From positions 1-46,236 of the forward strand of contig CAVZGV010000001.1 in assembly GCA_963774955.1 (NCBI GenBank): 46,236 nucleotides of DNA, read 5' to 3'. Position 1 is the first letter of the stretch; each line of letters begins with the position of its first letter. Under the pieces are notes generated by a model, which searched no databases, was not told the DNA's origin, and was given only the letters and a program-made list of their open reading frames with translations. Below are positions 7,292 through 15,201 of this stretch, piece after piece. This DNA comes from Candidatus Falkowbacteria bacterium (GTDB taxonomy: Bacteria > Patescibacteriota > Patescibacteriia > CAIXNZ01). A program made the position numbers and the translations under genes.

Positions 7292-7310
7292 TTTGAACCC
7301 TCCTTTGATT

Positions 7311-8093
7311 CTAATTTATCATTTTGACCAAATTTTGCAAGAGCATGGCCACGGTCAGGGGACCGACGCCACCGGGAACAGGGGAACGCCAGCTAGCCTT
7401 GACATCACAGGACGGGTCAATGTCGCCAACAGTCTTACCTTCAATTTTGGAAATACCAACGTCAATTAAGACGGCATCTTTTTTGATCATGTCTGGTTTT
7501 ATATAATTAGGCTGACCGAGGGCGACGATAAGTATATCTGATTTTAGATTTTGGATTTTGGATTTTGGATTTAGGTTTTGAATATTTGAATCGGGAAGTA
7601 ATTTTATAAATGGTTTTGTGAATTCATCAGAATTTGAAAGTATTGTAACATTTTTATTTTTCAAATCAATTTTAGTTTCTTTTAGTAATTCCATAATGCC
7701 CAAGGCAGTCGGGGAAGTAAAAGGGGAATTGAGCTGAAAGCCGTCAATGTCTTTGCCGGAATCAATCGCGCTGATGATTTTATCTGTATCTAAGCCTTCA
7801 GGTAAAGGCAGTTGAACTAAAATGCCTTGAATGTCTGTATCTTTATTTAAAAATTTAATGGCTTCGATTATTTGTTCTTCTTTATATGTGGTTGGAAAGA
7901 GATAGGAACTAAAATTAATACCAGCTTCCAGACAGGCTTGCTCTTTAAGTTTAAGATAAAGTTTTGAGGCTTCGTTGTCACCAACTAAAATAGCAGCCAG
8001 ACCTGGTTGGTCGTTCATTGTAGCCACTTTGGCTTTGACTTGGGTAAGGATTTTATCGGCAAGGATTTTGCCGTTAATAAGTTGAGCTGGCAT
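7311..8093 (-). CDS. folD: FolD-like methylenetetrahydrofolate dehydrogenase/cyclohydrolase with a degenerate NADP-binding segment
   Basis: SKLYLKLKEQA, LVQLPLP, DIDGF and PVPGGVGPLTVAML are FolD motifs. Start set at MPAQLINGKILA (8093); the track's upstream extension looks non-coding. The G-R-S-x-x-V-G-x-P loop reads SNSDEFTKP, and the following strand is replaced by NIQNLNPKSKIQNLK. Confidence 0.8.
   Translation of the reverse strand: MPAQLINGKILADKILTQVKAKVATMNDQPGLAAILVGDNEASKLYLKLKEQACLEAGINFSSYLFPTTYKEEQIIEAIKFLNKDTDIQGILVQLPLPEGLDTDKIISAIDSGKDIDGFQLNSPFTSPTALGIMELLKETKIDLKNKNVTILSNSDEFTKPFIKLLPDSNIQNLNPKSKIQNLKSDILIVALGQPNYIKPDMIKKDAVLIDVGISKIEGKTVGDIDPSCDVKASWRSPVPGGVGPLTVAMLLQNLVKMIN
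7541..7582. repeat. 7-nt tandem array ATTTTGG (3 perfect plus 3 degenerate units) inside the folD coding sequence
   Basis: attttag attttgg attttgg attttgg atttagg ttttgaa. On the coding strand this encodes ...NLNPKSKIQNLK.... It shares the word AGATTTTGGAT with the 4654-4702 palindrome. Confidence 0.85.
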
Positions 8094-8233
8094 AATGTTA
8101 TGTAAGGATAAAAAACCCACTTTGTCTGTTACGATATTTAAGAGAAGTGCGAAGTATGTGGGTGTAATGGATTCCACGCTTCGCTCTGAATGACAAAGTG
8201 TGTTTTTATCGTCAAAAATTAGCGTTATTCGCG

Positions 8234-9478
8234 TTATTCTAAGCCCATATAGATGGGGAATTTACGGGTTAAACTTTTTACCAATATTTGAATTTTCTTT
8301 TTTATATTCGCATTATTCGGATTTTTCAGAATATCACAGATCGCCTGGCCGATCAGTTTCATCTCATCTTCTTTCATGCCACGGGTGGTTAAAGCCGCAG
8401 TCCCGAGTCTTAAGCCGGAAGGATCCTGGGCCGGTCTGACATCAAAAGGAATTAAATTTTTATTAACATAAATACCGACTGCTTGAAGTAAGGACTGGGC
8501 CTGGCCGCCGGTTAAGCTAATTGAGGTCATATCCAGTAAAATTAAATGAGTATCAGTGCCGCCGGAAATAAGTTTGATTTCATTATTAACAAAAATCAAA
8601 GCCAGAATTTTAGCGTTATTGATGACCTGCTGTTGATATTTTTTAAATGATGCCAAACTAGCCTCCTTGAAACAGACGGCTTTGGCGGCAATTATATTTT
8701 CCAAAGGTCCGCCCTGGATGCCAGGGAAAACTGCTTTATCAATCTGCTCGGCTAATTTTTTAGTACATAGAATCAAGCCGCCGCGGGGTCCGCGTAAAGT
8801 TTTATGTGTAGTAGAAGTAACAACGTCGGCAAAGGGGACCGGATCCGGATGCAATCCTGTCGCCACTAACCCGGCAAAATGAGCCATATCAACTAAAAGA
8901 TAAGCGCCAACTTCATTGGCGACCTGGCGGAAGCGGTCAAAATTAATTTGGCGCGGATAAGCCGAACCGCCGGCAATGATTAGTTTGGGTTTATGAATCT
9001 TGGCCAGCTTTGAAAGATCATCATAATTAATAAGTTGAGTCTCTTTATCAACCCCGTAAAAATAGACATCATAAAATTTACCGGTCTGATTAACTTTGGC
9101 GCCGTGGGATAAGTGCCCGCCTGAAGCCAGATCCATGGCTAGAATTTTATCGCCGGGATTTAATAGCGCTAAGTATACCGCCTGGTTGGCCTGACTGCCT
9201 GAATGCGGTTGGACATTGGCATGTTCGGCTCCGAAGAGTTTTTGGACCCGGGAAATAGCCAATGTTTCAATCTGATCAATAATTTCATTGCCTGAATAAT
9301 AACGCTTACGCGGATAACCTTCAGCGTATTTATTGCTCAAAGCAGTTCCCATAGCTTCCAAAACAGCGGGTGAGGCATAGTTTTCCGAGGCAATCATAGC
9401 CAAACCATCCTGTTGTCTTTTGGTTTCAGCCGTGATTAAATTGGCGATTTGCTTGTCTTGTTTGGTTACAAATTTCAT
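8234..9478 (-). CDS. glyA: Serine hydroxymethyltransferase
   Basis: Full-length match to the SHMT pattern (NKYAEGYPRKRYYSG, VQPHSGSQAN, TSTTHKTLRGPRGG). Confidence 0.95.
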   Translation of the reverse strand: MKFVTKQDKQIANLITAETKRQQDGLAMIASENYASPAVLEAMGTALSNKYAEGYPRKRYYSGNEIIDQIETLAISRVQKLFGAEHANVQPHSGSQANQAVYLALLNPGDKILAMDLASGGHLSHGAKVNQTGKFYDVYFYGVDKETQLINYDDLSKLAKIHKPKLIIAGGSAYPRQINFDRFRQVANEVGAYLLVDMAHFAGLVATGLHPDPVPFADVVTSTTHKTLRGPRGGLILCTKKLAEQIDKAVFPGIQGGPLENIIAAKAVCFKEASLASFKKYQQQVINNAKILALIFVNNEIKLISGGTDTHLILLDMTSISLTGGQAQSLLQAVGIYVNKNLIPFDVRPAQDPSGLRLGTAALTTRGMKEDEMKLIGQAICDILKNPNNANIKKKIQILVKSLTRKFPIYMGLE

Positions 9479-9515
9479 GATTGTCAGATATTAATTTCTA
9501 ATTTGAATTAATGTA

Positions 9516-9544
9516 ATTCTAATATTTTTTTTGATTTTTGTCAA
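9516..9544 (-). promoter_or_regulatory. Sigma70-type promoter TTGACA-N17-TAGAAT for glyA-folD
   Basis: Minus strand reads TTGACAaaaatcaaaaaaaatatTAGAAT, about 35 nt upstream of the glyA ATG. Confidence 0.6.
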
Positions 9545-9546
9545 AA

Positions 9547-9579
9547 GAAAAAGCCCCGAGCTTTTTCAAACAAGGGGCT
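9547..9579 (-). terminator. Hairpin plus T run; terminator-like on the minus strand
   Basis: AGCCCC...GGGGCT stem with a 16-nt loop. The plus-strand A run gives a T run on the minus strand. Confidence 0.45.
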
Positions 9580-9935
9580 GGATTTGGCAGGGAAGCCACG
9601 AGGCTTCCCGTTTGATTTCCAATAACAGTTTGGGGTTGCTTTTGTAAGCAGGATTTATAGCTCCGAGCAGGTGCAGGTGAGCTTAAATATGCCCAAATTG
9701 TTATTGGTATCATCTTAAGTATAAGGAACAACTTTTTAGCTGGATCAGCTACAAAAGGGAATTTGATGGGCCAGCAGGGTTACTGCTGGCCATGATAACT
9801 GGCAAATTTTTAGGTTCAGCGCATTTGGGTTTAAAAGTTGAAAGGAGGCTTTTAAGGGAATTTGGGGATTCCGGTTTTATGCGCCTTATCTTGCTTTACC
9901 GCCTAAAAAATCTGCCAGTAATATCTTTTTGAACT
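9580..9935. ncRNA. Candidate structured ncRNA of unknown class (strand unresolved)
   Basis: 47% GC in 9581-9700 against 15% in the adjacent spacer 9481-9540. A 16-bp long-range helix (9619-9634 with 9692-9707) encloses two hairpins (9637-9650, 9659-9683). Further perfect hairpins are GGGAAGCC/GGCTTCCC, GGCCAGCAG/CTGCTGGCC and AGCTG/CAGCT. The 11-mer AAGGGAATTTG is repeated at 9755 and 9854. There is no convincing ORF. Confidence 0.4.
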
Positions 9936-10066
9936 AAATAAAACCGCAATTTGCGGAATTACGAAAGCCCCTACATAAAGTATGGGCTTCTGGAATTAAT
10001 ATTAATATATTTTAAAAATAATATCAAGATGTTTATCCACAAGGTGATTATTTTAAGAATAGAGGG

Positions 10067-11629
10067 TTATAAAAATTTAGTCATATAAGTATCATTAAGC
10101 TTATACCCAAGCTTTTTATAATATTCCCTGACACCAATGCCGGAAATGACCGTAATTTTGGGAAAATGATGTTTTCGGGCAATTATTTCCGCTGCCTTGA
10201 TCAGCCTTTTGCCAAAGCCCATATGCTGAACTGCTTTTGATTTACCGCCAACGGGAATTAATTTGCCATAAGTATGAACTTCGCGGATAATGGCGGAGTT
10301 TTTTAATTCAGGTAATTCCCTGATTAAGTTTTGATCGGGCTTAAGCGGAATCCTCAATCTTAATAAAGCAAATAAAGTTTTGCCGTCTTTTGATTCATAA
10401 CTTAAAAAATATTCCCAGCCATTGGAAGCACGATACTTTATAACTTTCAACTTTATTAATTTTTCACTTACTATTTGGTTACGGGCTTCTCTGCATCTGA
10501 TGCATTGGCAAATATTGCCGGCTTGATTAAAAATCATTTGTCTCAAATTGGAAATTTTATTGCCCGATACAATACTGACATCAGGGATGTCGCGAATTAA
10601 ACGGCTGATTCTGACATAAGGCGGAATATTTTTTTTAATTTTAATCAGTAAATCCAGGAGTTGCTTGTCAGTGTAAGCTTTAAACTTGCCCTTCTTATAC
10701 CAGCCATAAAGTTGGGAATTTTTGGTAACAACACAGGGATATATTTTAAGCATGTCAGGTTGAAAGTCCTGATCTGAAAATAATTTTTTAAACATGGCTT
10801 CATCTTTGGCCGGAGTCGCACCGGGTAAATTCGGCATCATGTGATAGGAGATTTTGAAACCGGCGTCTTTGAGTAATTTGGTTGCCTCAATTATTTGTTT
10901 AACCAAATGTCCGCGATGTCCCAGTTTTAAAATTTTATCGTCAATTGACTGAACGCCAATTTCAACACGAGTTGCGCCCAGTTCACGCATGCGTTTGATT
11001 TCAGCAACATCAATATAATCAGGTCGGGTTTCTAAGGTTAAACCAATGACCCGATGCTTTGTAGTTTCGTTCCATTTTTGTGCTTGATCTAAATTTTTGG
11101 CTACTTTGCCGTTAAAAGCATCAAAACATCGCTTAACAAACCAGGTCTGATATTTATGAGGTAAATATGACCAGGTTCCGCCCATGACAATTAATTCGCA
11201 TTTATCAGTGTCATGTCCTGTCATTTTTAAAGCCTTCAATCTCATTTCCACCTGTTTATACGGATCAAATTTATTTAAAATAGCCCGCATAACTGCCGGT
11301 TCATTGGATAAATATGACTTGGGCATGTTTTTTTCCGACGGGCACCAGACACATTTGCCGGGACAGGGCCAGGGTTTGGTTAAAACCGCAATAACCGCCA
11401 CTCCTGATAAAGTCCTGATTTCGCGTTTTTTCAGCAAAGATTCTGTTTTAAGGTTAGCCTTAATCTTTCCTTTTTTAAGCAAATTGTGATAAGCTTTAAG
11501 TAAGTTAATCCTAGAGGGAGTGGCAATACTAAAACCGCTGGATAATTTTTTAATTACAGCATTAAGCTCCTTTTGGTCGGATATTCTGGTTTTTAACAGT
11601 TTTAGGATGATTTGGTTAATTATATTCAT
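10067..11629 (-). CDS. elp3: Bacterial Elp3 homologue (radical-SAM plus GNAT tRNA wobble-uridine modification enzyme)
   Basis: Radical-SAM cluster motif CPGKCVWCP, central TIM-barrel-like region, and a C-terminal GNAT (QHMGFGKRLIKAAEIIA...GVREYYKKLGY). The 520-aa length fits Elp3. Confidence 0.85.
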   Translation of the reverse strand: MNIINQIILKLLKTRISDQKELNAVIKKLSSGFSIATPSRINLLKAYHNLLKKGKIKANLKTESLLKKREIRTLSGVAVIAVLTKPWPCPGKCVWCPSEKNMPKSYLSNEPAVMRAILNKFDPYKQVEMRLKALKMTGHDTDKCELIVMGGTWSYLPHKYQTWFVKRCFDAFNGKVAKNLDQAQKWNETTKHRVIGLTLETRPDYIDVAEIKRMRELGATRVEIGVQSIDDKILKLGHRGHLVKQIIEATKLLKDAGFKISYHMMPNLPGATPAKDEAMFKKLFSDQDFQPDMLKIYPCVVTKNSQLYGWYKKGKFKAYTDKQLLDLLIKIKKNIPPYVRISRLIRDIPDVSIVSGNKISNLRQMIFNQAGNICQCIRCREARNQIVSEKLIKLKVIKYRASNGWEYFLSYESKDGKTLFALLRLRIPLKPDQNLIRELPELKNSAIIREVHTYGKLIPVGGKSKAVQHMGFGKRLIKAAEIIARKHHFPKITVISGIGVREYYKKLGYKLNDTYMTKFL

Positions 11630-11639
11630 GGTTTTAGGT

Positions 11640-11675
11640 TACAAATTTAACAAATAAATACAAATTATTACAAAT
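11640..11675. repeat. Left word array (TACAAAT-type, 4 units at about 10-nt spacing) flanking the GxxExxY ORF
   Basis: Units start at 11640, 11649 (variant AACAAAT), 11659 and 11669. The array abuts the ATG at 11676. Confidence 0.8.
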
Positions 11676-12125
11676 ATGCCGACAGATAATAAAATAATTT
11701 ATAAAGAATTAAGCTTTGAAATCGTTGGTGTTCTTTTTGATGTATATAATGAATTAGGTTTTGGCTATCAGGAAAAATATTATGATGATGCAGTAGCCAA
11801 GGGTTTAGCGTTAAGACACCTGAATTTTCAAAGACAAGTTTCTTTTAATGTTATGTATAGGGGGAATATCATTGGTAAATCAAGGCTTGATTATGTGATT
11901 GAAAATAAAATTGTTTTAGAATTGAAAGTTGGAAAATATTTCACAAAACAGGATTTTAATCAGGTTAAAGGTTATTTACAAACAACAAATATGAAATTAG
12001 CTATTTTAGCGATTTTTACATTTAAGGGCGTGAGATTTATAAGAATTTTAAATGAAAATGATAAATTTCAAGAAGCAAAAGTAGATTTAGATCTAAATAA
12101 AATTAAGAAACTTTTTAAATACTAA
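11676..12125 (+). CDS. GxxExxY protein (PD-(D/E)XK nuclease superfamily)
   Basis: Signature GYQEKYY within ...VYNELGFGYQEKYYDDA.... The downstream D...ELK core (LDYVIENKIVLELKV) is typical of the family. Confidence 0.8.
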   Translation: MPTDNKIIYKELSFEIVGVLFDVYNELGFGYQEKYYDDAVAKGLALRHLNFQRQVSFNVMYRGNIIGKSRLDYVIENKIVLELKVGKYFTKQDFNQVKGYLQTTNMKLAILAIFTFKGVRFIRILNENDKFQEAKVDLDLNKIKKLFKY

Positions 12126-12162
12126 TTCGTAATTATTTCGTCACAATATTTGTATATTTGTA
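12125..12162. repeat. Right word array (ATT(C/T)GTA-type, inverted relative to the left arm)
   Basis: attcgta at 12125, atttcgt at 12135, atttgta at 12148 and 12156. These are the reverse complement of the left-arm word. Confidence 0.8.
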
Positions 12163-12171
12163 GCTTAGCTT

Positions 12172-12903
12172 ATGAAGAAAGAAACTGCGTTAAAAATTAT
12201 AAAGGCTAATAAAATTCTGTATAACGAGATTGCCAGGAATTTTAGTGAGACCAGATATAATGTCTGGCCTGAATTTGAATACTTTAAAGGATATTTGCAC
12301 GATGGTCAAGCTATTATGGATCTTGGTTGCGGTAATGGTCGTCTTTTGGAATTGTTAAAAGATTACAAGGTTGATTATCTGGGCGTTGATTTTTCTGAAA
12401 ATCTAATTCGTGAAGCCCAAGCTAAATGGCCGGGCAAACATTTTAAGTCTGCTGATATCTTGGAATTGAATAATTTAAAGGAAAAATTCGATTTGGTTTT
12501 TTGTGTAGCCACTTTACACCATATCCCTTCAGATAAGTTGCGCCAGCAGGTATTAACCAATATAAAAAGTGTTTTAAAACCAGACGGCAAATTGCTGATG
12601 ACCAACTGGAATTTGTGGCAAACCAAGTATCTTAAATATATCATTAAACACACGCTTTTAAAACTGACTGATCCTGACAAGGAAGAAAACGGAGTTTTAA
12701 ACGACGAACTGGACTTTCAGGATGTCTATATCCCGTGGCAGAAAAAGTATCAGCGTTATATTCATGCTTTTACGGAAAGGAATATTGCTGGTCTTTTGAA
12801 AAAATCAGGGTTTGAAATTATTAAAAATGTTTCTAATAGCAGGAATATTATTACTGTCGCCAAAATAAAATTAGAAACTCGAAAGTCTAAAGATGAAGTT
12901 TAA
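12172..12903 (+). CDS. Trm9/ALKBH8-like class I SAM-dependent methyltransferase
   Basis: YNEIARNFSETRYNVWPEFEYF, DLGCGNGR, FDLVFCVATLHH, LKPDGKLLMTNWNLWQ, DVYIPW and QRYIHAF parallel yeast Trm9 motifs (YNEIAPHFSQTRYKPWP, DVGCGNGKY, ...HH, CWALEQ, DVFVPW, RYYHLY). Confidence 0.7.
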   Translation: MKKETALKIIKANKILYNEIARNFSETRYNVWPEFEYFKGYLHDGQAIMDLGCGNGRLLELLKDYKVDYLGVDFSENLIREAQAKWPGKHFKSADILELNNLKEKFDLVFCVATLHHIPSDKLRQQVLTNIKSVLKPDGKLLMTNWNLWQTKYLKYIIKHTLLKLTDPDKEENGVLNDELDFQDVYIPWQKKYQRYIHAFTERNIAGLLKKSGFEIIKNVSNSRNIITVAKIKLETRKSKDEV

Positions 12904-12911
12904 ATAAATTT

Positions 12912-13574
12912 ATGCATGAGGGTTTACAACAAAAAATCGAAACACCTGAGAAGAAAATAGAAACGGATATCGTCAGTAATTATCCTTTTTTAGCGGCCAG
13001 GATGGAACGGTTGAAACAACCTGTCCATTATGATGAAAGTCATTTGACGCATCTGGCTAATTGTCAACAAGAGCTCGAGATGATGAAAAGTGAGTTTTAT
13101 AATTTAGATATGAATGAAGCTGATAAACAAAAATATTTTGATCTTGTTAGAAACGCCCTGAATTTACATGAAATAAGTAAGGTTGTGGACTCTGGAGAAG
13201 TTGAAGGTGTTGATGATAAGGCAATGAATGAAGAAAGATCAGGCCAAATTATTAAGACTAAGTATTCTGAATTAGGTATTAACAACGAAGCTGACGCCAA
13301 ATTAGTGTCGTTTCTGGTGAGCAACTATCATCTGCTCAATGAATTATTTACTAAAAAAATTAATCCGGAAGAGATTGGCTCCAAAATATCCGGATTTAGT
13401 TCTCAATTAGATATTAAGCCAGGAAATCTTTTAGAGCTTTTACGTATACTCAGTAATGCTAATAATTTAAGCGCCATTGAAGTAAAAAACAGAAATGAAG
13501 GCAAGAAATATAGCAGGGAAAAAGTTAAAAGTTTAATTGATGGCGTTACTGAACAGGTAAGGGATTTACTTTAA
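12912..13574 (+). CDS. Hypothetical protein A (220 aa; acidic, helix-rich by composition)
   Basis: Long ORF starting 8 nt after the methyltransferase stop. No motif recognised, no signal peptide or TM segment. Confidence 0.6.
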   Translation: MHEGLQQKIETPEKKIETDIVSNYPFLAARMERLKQPVHYDESHLTHLANCQQELEMMKSEFYNLDMNEADKQKYFDLVRNALNLHEISKVVDSGEVEGVDDKAMNEERSGQIIKTKYSELGINNEADAKLVSFLVSNYHLLNELFTKKINPEEIGSKISGFSSQLDIKPGNLLELLRILSNANNLSAIEVKNRNEGKKYSREKVKSLIDGVTEQVRDLL

Positions 13575-13608
13575 TTTAAATAAACAAAAATATTTTGAAT
13601 ACCTTTTT

Positions 13609-15150
13609 ATGAGTTTAGAAGCATTACCAAAAAAAAGATACGAAGCACCGAAAATTAAAAAAATAGAATTTAAATCAGATCAGGACAAAGAGTCTTTGGA
13701 TGAAATTTTAGTTTCTAAGGAAGTTGCTAATATAAAAAAAATAATAAATAAATCCTCTGAGGATTCAAAGGGTTCTGTATTGGTTGAGAGGCTTTTCCCG
13801 ATTAATCGTGATAAAGTAACACCCGAAGTATTTGCCAGAGCCTTTAATAAGATCATGGCTGCTAAGTCAGAATTATCAGCTTATGAAAAAGCCGGCTTAT
13901 TCAGAAAGGCTTTGGAATATTTTGCTAAAGAAAGAAAAGAGTCATATCCCATCGGACATGCCTGCGGTTCTGAAGCTTTGAAAGGAATTATTGCCCATGG
14001 GGAAATTATAGGCGGCGGTACCGGTGAAGTAGGTGAGGCCTCGGGTATGGCCCGTTCCGGCAAACAAAAACAAAATAATATTTCGGTAGCGGAAATGAAT
14101 CATCCTACTGCTGATTATGTTGAGGCCTTGTACGCCAAACTGGGAGCCAGTCAGGAAGTTATTGATGAAGTTTTGACCATCGATGCAGATAAAATTGATA
14201 ATAAAGGTCCGTTAGATGATTTCATCAATATTTATTTGTCCAATGCCAGTCTGGAGTCCGTACTTGAGTCTTTAGGGCGTTCGGTCGGTAAATCTCCGGA
14301 TGAATTTGCGACCCTATTAAAAGAGGAGATTTTTAAAGATGAGAATATCACCCTAACAAAAGATTTAATTCTTAATTCTCCGGAAATTAAGAAACTTATT
14401 TTGAACAAAACTTCAGAGTCAGTCAGCCGCAAGCATTACAAAACTTTTGAAACAGAAAAGCGCGATTACGAAGCTTACACTGAAATTTTAAATAAAATGA
14501 ATTCTGGGCAATTCCCAGAAGTAACTTTTAAAGGCAGAGTATATTCCGAACCCTGGGAAATTATTAATTTAAATCACGGCATACGAATTCCCCAAAACAC
14601 AGAGGAAAAAGTTTTGCTTGAATTACAGAATCAGTATGCTTGGTATTTAAAGCCATATTCAGACCCAGATAAGCCTGGGATTAAACAGCCCGCTAATTTT
14701 GTTTTACCGTTAGATAAGGATTCTGCAGAATACCAGCAAGTCAAGGAGGAATTATTTGCAGTGATTAAAGATGAAGTCCGGAAAAATATAGCAGGACTTT
14801 TATACCCTTATGAAGGTAAAAGTGAACAGGCAATTAAAAACAAGAAAAGATTGACAGAATTATCCAGCCAATATCCCTGTATATTTATGGCTGAAGGTAA
14901 ATCATATAAGGACCAAGGCTTAACTTATACTCAAAAAGAGGGCCAAAGGCCGGTGCCCTTTTTCCCGGCTGAGGAAAGAATTTTGGCTGATATTCCGTTA
15001 GTACAAGTTTCTGAAATTATGGTGCCTTTTAAGAAAATGCCCGAAGTCATGGGCTTGCTTATTAAAAAATTCGGTCAAGTACCAGAAAATATTCAAATTA
15101 CGCCGTTAGAATATCTGGAAATTAAACGACTTATTGACCATCAGCTTTAA
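13609..15150 (+). CDS. Hypothetical protein B (513 aa)
   Basis: Long ORF. Gly-rich segment YPIGHACGSEALKGIIAHGEIIGGGTGEVGEASG. No family recognised. Confidence 0.6.
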   Translation: MSLEALPKKRYEAPKIKKIEFKSDQDKESLDEILVSKEVANIKKIINKSSEDSKGSVLVERLFPINRDKVTPEVFARAFNKIMAAKSELSAYEKAGLFRKALEYFAKERKESYPIGHACGSEALKGIIAHGEIIGGGTGEVGEASGMARSGKQKQNNISVAEMNHPTADYVEALYAKLGASQEVIDEVLTIDADKIDNKGPLDDFINIYLSNASLESVLESLGRSVGKSPDEFATLLKEEIFKDENITLTKDLILNSPEIKKLILNKTSESVSRKHYKTFETEKRDYEAYTEILNKMNSGQFPEVTFKGRVYSEPWEIINLNHGIRIPQNTEEKVLLELQNQYAWYLKPYSDPDKPGIKQPANFVLPLDKDSAEYQQVKEELFAVIKDEVRKNIAGLLYPYEGKSEQAIKNKKRLTELSSQYPCIFMAEGKSYKDQGLTYTQKEGQRPVPFFPAEERILADIPLVQVSEIMVPFKKMPEVMGLLIKKFGQVPENIQITPLEYLEIKRLIDHQL

Positions 15151-15201
15151 TATTTTAAATTATAAAAAATTAAATTTGCTAAGAAAATTATAGATTAGAT
15201 T

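Noticed and set aside
7541-7582. The short tandem repeat could be a CRISPR array.
   Set aside because: The units are 7 nt with no spacers, lie inside the folD reading frame, and no cas genes are present.
8094-8233. The glyA-folD spacer (AATAACGC x2, GCGAAG/CTTCGC hairpin), or the N-terminal extension of folD in the ORF track, could hide a regulatory element or coding sequence.
   Set aside because: The only hairpin is 6 bp with a 24-nt loop, and the extension (MESITPTYFALLLNIV...) has no FolD counterpart. It is noted but too weak to report.
9519-9731. 70-aa minus-strand ORF in the glyA-elp3 spacer.
   Set aside because: It has no Shine-Dalgarno, spans the terminator and promoter of glyA and the hairpin-rich region, and has an odd composition. 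The region is better explained as structured RNA.
9580-9935. Assigning the structured region to RNase P RNA, tmRNA, SRP RNA, or a ZTP, THF or glycine riboswitch.
   Set aside because: I could not find the diagnostic cores on either strand: the GGAAAGUCC-type P4, a TTCGA T-arm with acceptor end, the GGAA/AGCA domain IV, or CCGCCUGGGC. It is left unclassified pending an Rfam scan.
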